Positions 27,614-40,324 of a stretch of 64,000 nt of DNA are shown piece by piece. The notes under the pieces are model-generated. The model was not told where the DNA came from and did no database searches. It saw only the letters and a program-made list of their open reading frames with translations. The number at the start of each line of letters is the position of its first letter. The stretch's first letter is position 1. Origin of the DNA: Octopus vulgaris (lineage: Eukaryota); contig OX597828.1 of NCBI GenBank assembly GCA_951406725.2, positions 8,060,001 through 8,124,000 on the forward strand, given 5' to 3'. A program made the position numbers and the translations under genes.

Positions 27614-27805
27614 TTTTTTTTTCAATTCAATTTTTATTGGCTCAAAAAGCAAGGCCATGTAGGGGGACAGGGAGTTATGTACAGGGAGGGTGGTCATACA
27701 AAGAGTTCATGCCATTTCTGGTCAAGAGAGACTTTGAACCGAGCGGTCGTCGGCATCTTCACTATCTCGTCCGGCAGCTTATTCTACGGATCCGCAACCC
27801 GGCCT
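27614..27805 (-). mobile_element. CR1-type LINE extreme 3' end with A-rich tail
   Basis: Minus strand encodes RVADP*NKLPDEIVKMPTTARFKVSLDQKWHELFV*, fitting the WN.LP..V......FK..LD C-terminal motif. Confidence 0.65.
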
Positions 27806-28614
27806 GGGAAAGTTGTAGTCATCCGTGCTGCCGTAGTCGCCAGACACAATGTTCTCATTCACTTTTTTGCTTACTCAATTATGAATTTTTGTTTCGCACT
27901 CAGTATTTAATAAAAACGCTACTGGTAGATTCTTTTGTATTAGATATTTTGTGATAAAATATTAATAATAAAAGTTGCTTTTTTGTAGGCACCGGGGAAA
28001 TATACATTTTTAGTGGGGCCTGAGAGAAAATTAGGTTGGAAACACTATATGTTACAAAGTGTTTTTGACTGTTGTTGGTTGATTTTGAAGAAAGAAATGA
28101 GAAGCGCCAGTCGTGTGATAATGTAAGGGAAAACAAGCAGCAAGAGGAAGGGTGTCGCTTTTAGAAACGGTGTCTCAAATCACCGTTTAAGAAATCCAAT
28201 CCTTTTTCTTTGAATAAGCAACGTTTTCTCTATAATCGATATAAAGTCCGAACTCCTCTGTGTAAAAATATGCAAATCTTTTCTCCCTATCTGACGCAGC
28301 AGAAGACGTTTTGGACAGCGTGGCGTAGATTAAACGGTAAAGTGGGCCTCGAACTTGTAAGCTAGAAATCTTCTTGACGAAGGACCAATCACAAGCTCCA
28401 AGTTTTGTCAAGGAGCAAAAGGAACTATGAACTAGAAGCTCTCCAAGGCTGCTGTCTCATCTGATGATGCTAAGAAAGATGTGTGAAGGTGCATGATCAG
28501 AAAGGAGTTAAATAGTGTATTTATATGGATTGTAAGGAAACAAGTAATCGTCAGGGAACAACTAAGTGAGGAGACTTAGATGGGACTACAGTAACTTCGA
28601 GTTCAGAGTGTTGG

Positions 28615-28780
28615 CTAAAAGGAGGCAGAGTGAAGGGATTGTGAGAATGTAGTAGGTGATTTGGTGTGAGTTTGGTACAAAGAAGTAAAAACGAGATTTG
28701 ATTAAGAGCCGGTAAGTTTATAAATAATAGAGGTGTTAAAGTTGGAGTCGTTATTTGAAAGGTGATCCCCAAAATATTAC
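28615..28780 (-). pseudogene. Highly decayed Penelope-like reverse transcriptase fragment (thumb region)
   Basis: Minus frame FNTSIIYKLTGS*SNLVFTSLYQTHTKSPTTFSQSL resembles the PLE motif TS.Y.KPTD...YL.F.S.HP.HTK.SIP.SQ.LR (matched from memory). Confidence 0.45.
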
Positions 28781-29867
28781 GTAGGAGTCAGATTATGACA
28801 ATATAATTAGTGTTTTTTGATTACACCTCTATTCAGGGTTCAAAAGTCTTTAGAATCTATTTTTATGTTTCATCCTTCCGAGATGAATAGATTATATACT
28901 AAAAAAAAAAAAAAAAAAAAATTCGTGTTAATGTATTCGGCGTTAACCTAAAAAGCTTTGCTATAGCGTAGCCAGAGTTCAGTGACTGAAATCAGGAAAA
29001 ATCTCGATATTCATATATTCATGAGGTGAAAGTCAGGACAGAGTCGGTTTTCCTTCTGTTTTCCAACGCATATTGCAGCCATTTTGTTTGAGAAGTAATG
29101 TTTGTTATTTTGGAAAAAAAAAAAAAGCTGTGGTGAGAGAAAATAATTACAAGCATGACCTCAAGATATCCGGTCATGGTAAGCTGAGCGTCTCAGTTCG
29201 GTCATGTACTTTACTTCAAAATATTCTTGTTTTACCTCCCTAACCTTCATTTTCTCACTCTCTCTCCATCTGCGTTCTTTAAACAGCATTCCCTACCTCT
29301 ATGGCTTCGTTGAGTGTTTCACCGATCTCCGCCTTATATTCAACATATCACAACAATAACACTAACACAACGAACTAAAAGAACAAAAACGAAACAGTAA
29401 AAAAAAGAAACTAGACATTCTGTTTTTCTTCTTTTCACTACAAAGGTTTGCTCCCTTCATTTTTATGCCCCCGTCTCTTTGCTCCTTATGTTGATCATTC
29501 ACATATACGTCAACAGCCAACCCCTTTTTCTTTACATTACAAACTAAAATCCCTGCCCACTTTTTTCTTCTCTTTATTCTGTTTCATACATAGAGATGGA
29601 TGAATCCTACAATCCTCTACACCCACATCTTTGTTTGGTGTGAATGCAACAAATGAGCGTGGACACAATAATATAATCGCACACGCACACAAAAGCAAAT
29701 CACCCTCCTTCTTTCTCCAAAGTTTGAGAGAGAGAGGGAGAGAAGGAGGAAGACAGAAAAGAGAGAGAGTGAGAGATAGATAGAGAGAGATAGAGAAAGA
29801 GGGAATCGGACATAAGAGGGTGCATAAAAAAAAGTATGAATACGTAAAACAGAAATACGGTGGTAGA

Positions 29868-30250
29868 AGGCGGCGAGCTGGCAGAAACGTTAGCACGCCG
29901 GGCGAAATGCGTAGCCGTATTTCGTCTGCCTTTACGTTCTGAGTTCAAATAAAGCCGAAGTCGATTTTACCTTTCATCCATTCGGGGTCGAAAAATTAAG
30001 GACCAGTTACGCACTGGGGTCGATATAATCGACTTAATCCATTTGTCTGTCCTTGTTTGTCCCCTCTATGTTTAGACCCTTGTGGATAGTAAAGAAATAG
30101 GTATTTCGTCAGGCACTACGTTCTGAGTTCAAATTCCTCCGAGGTCGACTTTGCTTTTCGTCCTTTTGGGGTCAATTAAATAAGTACCAGTTACATACTG
30201 GGGTCGACTTAATCCGTTTGTCTGTCCTTCTTTGTCCCCACTATGTTTAG
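29868..30250 (+). mobile_element. SINE family B with duplicated body (head + 2 units)
   Basis: The second gtatttcgtc...tttgtcccc unit starts at about 30100. Confidence 0.9.
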
Positions 30251-30421
30251 TATTATTATATTAGGCAGTGACTTGAAAATATCACTTGTATACACACATG
30301 CGACAGACTCGCGTCACTTGCAGTGGGAGGTGTTGCATTCTTAGCACCGCTTAAAATCTTGAAAATAAAGATTACCAACACATCCCTTTTTCCTCTCTCA
30401 AACTCTGTTCCTCTCTCTCTC

Positions 30422-30470
<49 letters not shown>

Positions 30471-30544
30471 GCATATATATATGCGTGTATGTGTGTGCCT
30501 GTGTATCTATGCGTATATATATATATATATATATACATACGGGA

Positions 30545-31452
30545 GTTGGTTACAATATACAGGTGGGCTGAGGACAACAACATGCAGTTTAATGCAGGTA
30601 AGTTCCAGGCCCTGCGCTACCGGCACACAAAGGTAAACGACGTGCAGACTGGATTCACTGGCCCAGGAAGAATTGCAATCCCTGAGTCAAAATCAGTTCG
30701 TGACCTGGGCATTGACATGAGCAATGATGCATCTTTCCAAGTGCATATTACTAATCTGGTGATAAAATGCAGACGGCTAGCTGGATGGATTCTCCGAACT
30801 TTCAGAACAAAGAGAAGGAGACACTGATGGTCCTATGGAAAACATTCGTCCTCAGCCGCTTGGACTACTGCTCCCAACTATGGTCACCACACAATATAAA
30901 ACTAACAGCAGAACTCGAAGCAATTCAGAGTAGCTACACAAAGAAGATCGTCTCAATGCAAAATATCAGCTACTGGGAAAGACTGAAAGAATTAAACCTC
31001 TTCTCCCTAGAGCGGAGGCGGGAGAGATATGCGCTGATATACAACTGGAAAATCCTGGAGGGTCTTGTCCCAAACTTTGGCATTCAAAGTTACCCCAACC
31101 GCAGAACGGTGCGCCACTGCATGGTGCCAAAAATCCCAACATCATCATAAAAATACAGTTCCAGATACTGCAACAGCTTGGGTTTCAGAGGACCACAAAT
31201 CTTTAACATCCTCCCTAAATGCCTGAGAGACTTACATGGTGTGGATGTCGGTTTCTTTAAAACTAAACTGGATCTCTTCTTGTCGGGAGTCCCAGATGAA
31301 CCTACCTCACGACAGGAGACGCAGATGCGGGCAGCAGCATCGAACTACCTTGTTGATCAAGTGCCACGTATCAGAGGTGGATTCACATATTAGTGTAGCT
31401 CATTCAGCGGTGGTGCCCCAGCATGGCCGCGGCCTTCGGGCTAAAACATTTT
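30545..31452 (+). mobile_element. 5'-truncated CR1/L2-group LINE (RT C-terminus + 3' tail), frameshifted
   Basis: [57 protein letters not shown]..., FKTKLD. Confidence 0.92.
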
Positions 31453-32196
31453 GAAGGATTTAAGGATTTATAATATATATATGCGTATATATATATACAT
31501 ACATTTATATGTGCGCGTGATTAAATTGATGTATGTTGTCTCTCTTTCATATCATATCAACGGAAAAACAGAAAAACAATTAAATGTGACATTACTTCGA
31601 GTAATAGTTCATATGTGTACGCGCGCGCATGTGTGTGTAATACCCGCAGACCCAACGAGGATTATTTGTATACTCACATGCGGAGATACGGTAAACATAC
31701 AATCAAACGGCCAGCGATGCACTTGGATATATTTATTTATCTTAAGATGGAATGAATGTTTGAGTGCGTTCTAAGGATACGGAATTTTCTCTAAGTGTTT
31801 ATTTGTTCAACACATTGATATATAACCACATCTGCTTCACTACATAGACACACTTATAAACCATAGACACATTCACCCGCACAAACGCGCATATATATCA
31901 CATACAAGCACACACACAAACATACACGTTCATATATTTATAAACACACACACACGAACACACACACACACAAACACACACACATATATATATGTATATG
32001 TGTATATGTATATGTGTGTGTATATATATATGTGTGTATGTGTGTGCACATGAGTGTGTGTGAGTGTGTGTGTATGTATATGTTTATATATACTCATGAA
32101 TATATGTATATATATATATATATATATATAATTATATATACAATATATATAGTGTGAATTAACATATGTATGCATGTATGTTTGTATCTATATCTA

Positions 32197-32267
<71 letters not shown>

Positions 32268-32270
32268 ATA

Positions 32271-32321
<51 letters not shown>

Positions 32322-32334
32322 GCATATATCTTAC

Positions 32335-33390
32335 TCTTAACATTGTCAAATGGATTGAGCATTTCCTGGCGAATAGAACACGACATGTTGTGGTCGATGG
32401 AGTCCACTCAAGCCCAGCAAAAGTTACCAGGGGTGTCCCTCAGGGGACTGTCTTGGGGCCGCCCCACTTTATAATTTACATAAATGTCCTTTCCAGCGTC
32501 GTAAATCACTGCAAAATGAAAATATTTGCTGAAGACACTAAGCTCCAGCAAATTCATCAATGAAGAAGAAGACCGAACTCAACTCCAGTCTGATCTATAT
32601 GCCGTGAGTCAATGGGCAGACATAAATAAAATGCAACTGAACGAAGGAAAATTAGAGCTGATGAATTTTTGAAGAAAGTCTATACTAAAACAGCCATACT
32701 CTCTTCATTCAGTGGAACCGCTCACGACATCTAATAATATCAGAGACCTGATATTATTATCAACAATAAGGCCGATATAACTCGTAGGATGAGCTCCTGG
32801 ATCTTAAGAACCTTTCGGTACAGTCCTCCTTTGTACGGCCACACCTCGAATAGTGCTGACCCTTGTGGTCTCCCCATACAAAACAAAACATCTCGAGGAT
32901 TGAATCACCCCAGAGAACACTCACTAAACGAACTGAAGGCATGACTGATCTCGATTACTGGAACCGCCTTAAAGCCTTGAAACTCTACTCTCTCCAGCAC
33001 CGACGCGAGCTGTACATCATTTGTACGATGTGTAGAATATACCGCCAGCTTTGCCCAAACAATCTCAACATTAGTTTCGAAGTTCATCCAAGGCTGGGAC
33101 CACGGGCTACACGTCCCCTGCCCAATTCGGGATCAAAACATATAGGTACACTGCGACACAATTTCTTTTCCTCAACAGGCCCTGCACTGTTTAACATTGT
33201 TCCGAAAGAGATCAAAGAAGAAAAGTATACTATTACCTTTAAACGGAGTCTGGAGAGATTTCTTCAAGGAATACTGGATAAGACACCCATACCTGGATAC
33301 AATTCACTCAACAAGAACTCACTACTTGAATGGACTATAAACAAAACTTGATTTAAACAGGATTTAGATAATCCTATTAGGTGGTGCTCT
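32335..33390 (+). mobile_element. Second 5'-truncated CR1-group LINE, different subfamily
   Basis: WIEHFLANR..GVPQGTVLGP..IFAEDTK (RT motifs), RPHLE, YWNRLKALKLYSLQHRRE, FNIVP, FKRSLE. Confidence 0.92.
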
Positions 33391-33396
33391 ATGTGC

Positions 33397-33457
<61 letters not shown>

Positions 33458-33489
33458 ATATATATATCGATTGTTAGACGATAGTGTAC

Positions 33490-33788
33490 CATACATACAT
33501 ATATACATACATACATGCATACATACACACATACATACACACATACATACACACACACATACATACATACATACATACACACACACATACATACATACAT
33601 ACATGCATGCATACATACACACATACATACACACACATACATACATACATACATACATACATACATACATGCATGCATACATACACACATACATACACAC
33701 ACATACATACACACACATACATACATACATACATACATACATACATGCATACATACACACATACATACACACGCACATACATACACAC

Positions 33789-33820
<32 letters not shown>

Positions 33821-33965
33821 GCATGCATACATACACACATACATACACACACACATACATACACACACACATATATACATACATACATACATACATACAT
33901 GCATACATACACACATACATACACACACACATACATACACACACATACATACATACATACATACA

Positions 33966-33998
<33 letters not shown>

Positions 33999-34052
33999 GC
34001 ATGCATACATACACACATACATACACACACACATACATACACACACACATAT

Positions 34053-34083
<31 letters not shown>

Positions 34084-34106
34084 CATACATACATGCATAC
34101 ATACAT
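33490..34106. repeat. (TACA)n/(CA)n compound satellite, ~620 bp
   Basis: Direct inspection. Confidence 0.95.
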
Positions 34107-34109
34107 AAA

Positions 34110-34435
34110 GGAGCACTCCGTTGGTTACAACGACGAGGGTCCCAGCTGATACGATCAATGGAACAGCTTGCTCGTGAAATTAATGTGCAAGTGACTGAGA
34201 ATTCCTCAGACACGTGTAGCCCTAACGTAGTTCTCAAGGAGATTCAGCGTGACACAAAGTGTGACAAGGCCGGCCCTTTGAAATACAGGTACAACTCATT
34301 TTTGCCAGTTCTGTGGACTGGAGCAACGTGAAATAAAGTGTCTTGTTCATGGACACAGCGCTTTACCGGGAATTGAACTCACGACCATACAATCGTGAAC
34401 CGAATGCCATAACTATTAAGCCACGCGCCTTCACC
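34110..34435 (-). mobile_element. tRNA-derived SINE family C
   Basis: Minus head ggtgaaggcgcgtggcttaatag...gagttcaattccc, then tgtgtccatgaacaagacact and gttgctccagtccac, shared with 57759-58015. Confidence 0.82.
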
Positions 34436-35302
34436 ATACATACATACATACATACATACATACATACATACATACATACATACATGCATACATATATATT
34501 CGTACATATAAATTTACTTTAGGATTTTGTCCAATAGATAGCAACTTCATAGTTTTGCTCCTGATCAATTATGGAACTCGCAGCAATGAATAATAAAATG
34601 AATAATAATAAAAATAAACAAAAATAAAAGAAAATAAATCGTTGAATAACTCCTAGTTAGACTGTTTCATGACCACAAAGAGAATAATATATTTTACCTA
34701 TTTATTTAATACGAAAATTTGACGAGAAATTTTCGTTCTCACAAATTTACTTAATAGCGCAAGTAATGGAAATTCAAATTTATTAATCCATAGACGTCAA
34801 AGCATTTTGTTGTACAGTCCGATATTCTCATAAAACATAATACCTATCCTGTGCAGCTTAGGTTCCTATGAATTGTGGTTACAATGAACACAGTTATTTT
34901 CCTTTAAAAAAACTTTTTCCTCTTATGGTAAGTGTCATCAAATTTTATTCAGCTCTCTTCTTGATACCTCCGAAAATAAAATCAAGCAGGTGCCTACTTA
35001 GAAAGATGAATCATTTAAAAAAATAAATTTCTTTCATTTTAAAACCCGTCTTTTCTGTCTCTTGACAAAGATTATTAAATTTGTATGTTTGTATGTATGT
35101 AAGAAATTCTATCGGTATATGCATACACACATACATATGCACGCACGCACATACACACAAACACACAAACACACAGACACACACATATACATTGAGACAC
35201 ACAAACACACACACATAGACAGAGGTATGCATGTATAAAATTGGAAACATGAACATAACACACGTTAATATATGTCAGCATGAACAGAAATAAATTTAAT
35301 TA

Positions 35303-35900
35303 AGGCGGCGAGCTGGCAGAAACGTTAGCACGTCGGGCGAAATGCGTAGCCATATTTCGTCTGTCGTTACGTTGTGGGTTCAAATTCCGCCGAGGTCAAC
35401 TTTGCCTTTCATCCTTTCAGGGTCGATAAATTAAGTATCAGTTACGCACTGGGGTCGAGGTAATCGACTTAATACCTATGTCTGTCCTTGTTTGTCCCCT
35501 CTATATTTAGCCTCTTGTGGGTAATAAAGAAATAGAAATAGGTATTTCGTCTGCCGCTACGTTCTGAGTTCAAATTCCGCCGAGGTCAACTTTGCCTTTC
35601 ATCCTTTCGGGGTCGATTAAATAAGTAGCACTTACGCACTGGGGTCGATATAATCCGTTTGTTTGTCCTTGTTTGTCCTCTCTGTGTTTAGGCCCTTGTG
35701 GGTAGTAAAGAAATTGGTATTTCGTCTGCCGTTACGTTCTGAGTTCAAATTATGCTGAGGTCGACTTTGCCTTTCATCCTTTCAGGGTCGATAAATTAAG
35801 TACCAGTTACGCACTGGGGTTGATGTTATCGACTTAATCCCTCTGTCCGTCCTTGTTTGTCCCCTCTATGTTTAGCCACTTGTGGGCAATAAAGAAATAC
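35303..35900 (+). mobile_element. SINE family B with triplicated body (head + 3 units)
   Basis: Units start at about 35352, 35541 and 35716. Confidence 0.92.
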
Positions 35901-36585
35901 GAAATAAATTTCGTGTCATGTATACTTTTCTGAGAGCTATACTTAAAATGGATCCGAAACATGGATCCGATAGAATCATTATCCTCAAAGCCGTCTCATT
36001 CGACGATATGTTTTCCAGCGCACCCTGTATTTTGCGTTGGAGTGAGGTGGCATATTCACGGTGGGGATATATTTTAATATACATTTGCAAAATCAGGTTT
36101 GTCCAAGGACTAAAACGGTATCGTCAAATCTTGCGATCGAAATATTAAAAAAAAATGTTTCTTTCAAAAAATGCTTCTTCCAAAAAATGCTTCTTCATTT
36201 AGAAACAATGTTTCCAAAAGGATTGGTTCTAAAAGAATTGGTTCCACATTTAGAACAAATGTTTCCAAAAGAATTGCTTCTTTATTTTACCTGATCATCC
36301 ATGATATCTTTTCACCAACCAAAGAACAAATCAAAGACAGAATCATAAAAATCTTTCGTTGCTGTAAACTTTGCAAAGCGTGTTTGCACGCATTACCAAC
36401 AAACCGGGAATATTTAGGCTTCTGATAATGAAAGGTATTTAGATTCACGTAATACATCTATTGCTGTCTTGGTATTTTGGAATGCTAAACCAAATATTCT
36501 TTAATTAGGTATGATTGAGATTTCGGTTAATCAGGGGAGGGTTAGTTTGTTTTTTTTTCAACAACAAAAACAACAACAATAATAA

Positions 36586-36778
36586 ACCTTTTCTGCGATA
36601 GGCCTGAAATTTGCAGTACATCGACTCCAGTAATCAACTAGTACTTATTTTATCAATCCCGAAATGATGAGAGGCAAAGTCTACCTCGGCCGAATTTCAT
36701 CTCAGAATGTAAAGACAGACGAAATGCCTTCAAGTATTTTGTTCGACATACTGACTATTCTACCAGCTGACCACCGTT
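36586..36778 (-). mobile_element. SINE family B, diverged
   Basis: ggcctgaaattt...gtacttattttatc...ggcaaagtc...ctcagaatgtaaagacagacgaaat. Confidence 0.82.
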
Positions 36779-36780
36779 AA

Positions 36781-37415
36781 TCCTTTATACTATAGACACA
36801 CGGCCTATATCCAACGCTTTGTGAATTCTGCTTCGCAATGGTAGGAGGAGACGACATCGAAGGATCAAAAAGCGACGTCGCTGCGAACGCTTGGCCGCCA
36901 CAAACCAGTTATCCCTGTGGTAACTTTTCTGATGGGCCACGCTTTTGCGCTCCGTATTCGTACTGAAAATCGAGATCGAGCGAACTTTTGCCCTTTTGCT
37001 CGACGTGTGGTTTCCGTCCACGCTCAGCTCGCCTTGGGACACCTGCGTTACCGTTTGACAGACGTACCGCCCCAGTCAAACTCCCCGACCAACACAGTAC
37101 TCGACTAAGGGTTGCGCATCGGCTACGTCGGCGCCCGCAAAGGCGCTCGACATGCACCGCGCACTTCACACCAGATAATGAACCACCGCTCGGCGACGGC
37201 CCGATCCCTTCTCCATTGAGTGAGCGAGGAAACTACGGGAGGAAACTATAGCTAATAACATCAACTCTTGTGCTTTACTGGTACTTAAATTATCGACCCT
37301 GGAATGATAAAAGGCAAAGTCGACCACAGAGGTATTTGAACTCAGAACATAAAGACAGACGAAATGTCTCTATATATTTCGTCTGGTAAGCTAACGTGCC
37401 AACCAGCTTGCCGTT
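36781..37415 (-). mobile_element. SINE family B interrupted by a 28S rRNA fragment
   Basis: Tail piece at 36781-36806; body and head at about 37240-37415. Confidence 0.75.
36809..37240 (-). pseudogene. 28S rRNA: 28S rRNA pseudogene fragment (domain V / peptidyl-transferase region) with an internal deletion
   Basis: Minus strand has GGGGAGTTTGACTGGGGCGGTAC, AAAAGTTACCACAGGGATAACTGG and CGTCGCTTTTTGATCCTTCGATGTCG, conserved LSU motifs. A segment is missing at about 36932. Confidence 0.95.
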
Positions 37416-37908
37416 CTATAGCCAAAAGAAATCGTAATAGTATATTTGTCATTCTTCTCACATCCGTTTCTACAATGCTGCTTCTCTGGAAATTATTTCT
37501 GCTCTTTACTTCTCTTTAACCAATGCTACGTCAAGGTTCAAACACAGTATTACTTAAAATAAAAACTTTCCCAACGTTCTCACCTTTCAAAAACAGCCTG
37601 CAGGCTCACCTTTTCCAGGTTTGATTGAAATCTGACATTCCAAACTATCTTAATACAACAGATATCATATTACACATGTCAAGCTCCATGATAGAAACGT
37701 TTGCCGTACAGTTCGGTTCATCATCAAAAGAATAGTTTATCATATTATATCGAAAAATTTCAGATAGAAAAAAAAATTTTTCCCACGTTGTTCTGGTAAC
37801 GTTGATAATGTCGATAATAAAATTGATGACGACAACGACGACGACGATGACGATGATGACAACAATAAGGATTAGCTCGGTAACTTTGGGGTTGATATAC
37901 ATCACATT

Positions 37909-38280
37909 AGGAGTGGCTGTGTGGTAAGTAGCTTACTTAAGAACCACATGGTTCCGGGTTCAGTCCCACTGCGTGGCACCTTGGGCAAGTGTCTTCTACT
38001 ATAGCCTCGGGCCGACCAAAGCCTGGTAGACGGAAACTGAAAGAAGCCTGTCGTATATATGTATATGTATATATACATATGTGTGTCTGTGTTTGTTCCC
38101 CCAACATTGCTTAACAACCGATGCTGGTGTGTTTACGTCCTCGTAACTTAGCGGTTCGGCAAAAGGGTCTGATAGAATAAGTACTAGGATTACAAAGAAT
38201 AAGTGCTGGGGTCGATTAGCTCGACTAAAGGCGGTGTACCAGCATGGCCGCAGTCAAATGACTGAAACAAGTAAAAGAGT
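37909..38280 (+). mobile_element. SINE family A
   Basis: Match to 1434-1842. Confidence 0.92.
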
Positions 38281-38409
38281 AATTAAATCTACAATATATG
38301 GATGAATGCCGGATTTGAAGATCACAACGTAAAGAATCGTAACGAATGCTGTTTGCTTGCCTTTCTAATGATTATGTCATGAACAACAACAACAACAACA
38401 ACTACTACA

Positions 38410-38445
<36 letters not shown>

Positions 38446-38451
38446 GATTTC

Positions 38452-39900
38452 TTTTATTTGCCACCAGGGCAATGGGTGAGGGGAGGCAATACGAAGACAG
38501 GCACAAAGTGTTGGGGTTTACATATAACGGAATGATAAAACAAAAAAGTATACACGGCATACATTAGAAAAGAAGTATACATAGTATACGACACTAGGAA
38601 AAGATGGGAAAAATATAAGAGATATTGATAGGGTCCCCCTGATACAGGAGGACCTCTAGGGATAATCAAAGAAATCCACCATCCATAGATCATCCTGAAT
38701 ACCAAGGATGAGAACCCACTCCAACTTTCTTCCGACTCACAGTCTACACTGAGAGTGGTTCCATCCACTCATGCCATTTTCGGAACTTTCACCCTTCTTT
38801 TCATAAATTCACTTGACGACAGCATCTCCCTCTCTACCCTCACTTTCCTTTTCAAGTCAAACTTGAAAAAGTCGATGAGGGCTTTACCAAAGAGGAACGT
38901 TTCTGTCCTCATCCCTTTCATTCTCGTCCACCACACAGCTTCTTTCGCTACAGCTACCAGACAAAAGAAATCTGCCTTCTCTACCCGATTAGAGGAGGGC
39001 GGCGGGACAATCATCATTATGGCCTCGACTGACACACGGATCCATACCACACGTGACAGCAGCTGTTCGACATAAATCCACAAGTCAGGAATGCCCGGAC
39101 ACTGAACGAGTTCATGCAGAACGGTTTCGTTGCTCTGCGAGCACCTCGAACAAACCCGTCTGACAATACATCCGCGCCTGTAGAGTTTATCGCGAACCGG
39201 TAGCCCACCACCACAACCACCACCACCACCACCATCACCACCACCACCGGTAGCATTGCCAGGCCAAAGACATCTGGAAATATCCATAGTCGTCCCGAAT
39301 AGACTTGCCAGTTTGTCTTCGTCGACGCCTAGGGTCTCCCCGAAGACATCGTCGCACTTCCCCACCACTCATCCCCTGTGGAACATCCACCGATCCAATT
39401 GTCAGACATGTAGGGGACAGTGAGTACCTGACGACATTCTTAGTACTAGGCGCTCAGTCTCGGCCTATCTTTTACTCAGGACTGCAGTTCCTTCAAGGAG
39501 ACGATCTGCGGAAAAGCGTGTCTTACAAACGGAACCTAGAAATCGCTGCAGGTGCCGCAACCTGAGTGTGTACCTGTGCATTGAAATCCTTGGCAAGCCT
39601 AAACCGCCACACAGAGGAAAAAGATAGCAGACCGACCGCCTCACCATCGGAATGCGCTCTTCCCACAAGAAAATAGACAGTATACGTTCCAATCTAATCA
39701 AGCGGTAACTAGGGCAAGGTACGACGATCAGAGGATAAATAATGACGGAGTCGTTATAGGCATTCGCCATCTCTGACTAGCCTTTCAAGGAAAACGTTTT
39801 CTCTGCCCATTTCTGCGTAAGACAGGCCAACCTGTTCATCACCTTTTCCCAGTTCTTACCCACCTGGAAGTGAGGACCAGACCAGACCAGACCCACCGCC
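38452..39900 (-). mobile_element. L1/Tx1-type LINE ORF2 3' part, decayed
   Basis: FLW....P.VRR......P...GGLGLP, zinc knuckle CSRCSQSNETVLHELVQC, C-terminus FFKFDLKRKVRVE; AATAAA at the 3' end next to an (ACT)n tract. Confidence 0.85.
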
Positions 39901-40324
39901 CTGTCGGCATTGACTTTAGTCCATGCAATCGATTCATATTCCTTTATAATGGAGCATGGAAACAGAATTCGTAAGGCAGACCATCCAAACAGGGCGATTT
40001 GCTACTTAGCGAATCGCTCATCGCCTCCCGTATTTCAGTGGCTCTAATCGGCTTTTCACAGAATCTTACGTCCGTCACCGAGTGCCGTGGTAGGCCGCTT
40101 AGGTACGAAGTAAAGTTCGCTAACGTCGTCGATCCATCACACTCCTCAAACAGCCACGAAAAGTGATGCTAAAAAGCTGCAAAAATCTGCTCAGAACCGA
40201 GTAGCACCCGTCTGTCCTGATCCATCAAAGACTTGATCATGTTATTTTTTTCAACGTTCCATCTCTACCGTTCGGGCCCATCGGACGGCTTTCAGAAAAA
40301 CAAAAGACGAAGATAGGTCTATAA

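Noticed and set aside
28461-28480. CUGAUGA-ugcuaa-GAAA motif
   Set aside because: No stem III or cleavage triplet and no stem I partner found.
33364-34331. Long ORFs (263-316 aa) of YVCM/HTYI repeats
   Set aside because: Stop-free translations of a (TACA)n satellite, open in several frames on both strands.
34360-34435. tRNA gene
   Set aside because: A/B boxes continue into a SINE body with no intact cloverleaf; the same applies to all SINE heads in the window.
36789-36795. actatag direct repeat (also 37245-37251) as TSD of the 28S piece
   Set aside because: Both copies fall inside SINE-homologous sequence and are offset from the rRNA boundaries.
36809-37240. Functional rRNA gene, or the ORFs predicted over it
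   Set aside because: Isolated ~430-bp fragment with an internal deletion inside a SINE; the ORFs are rRNA shadow translations.
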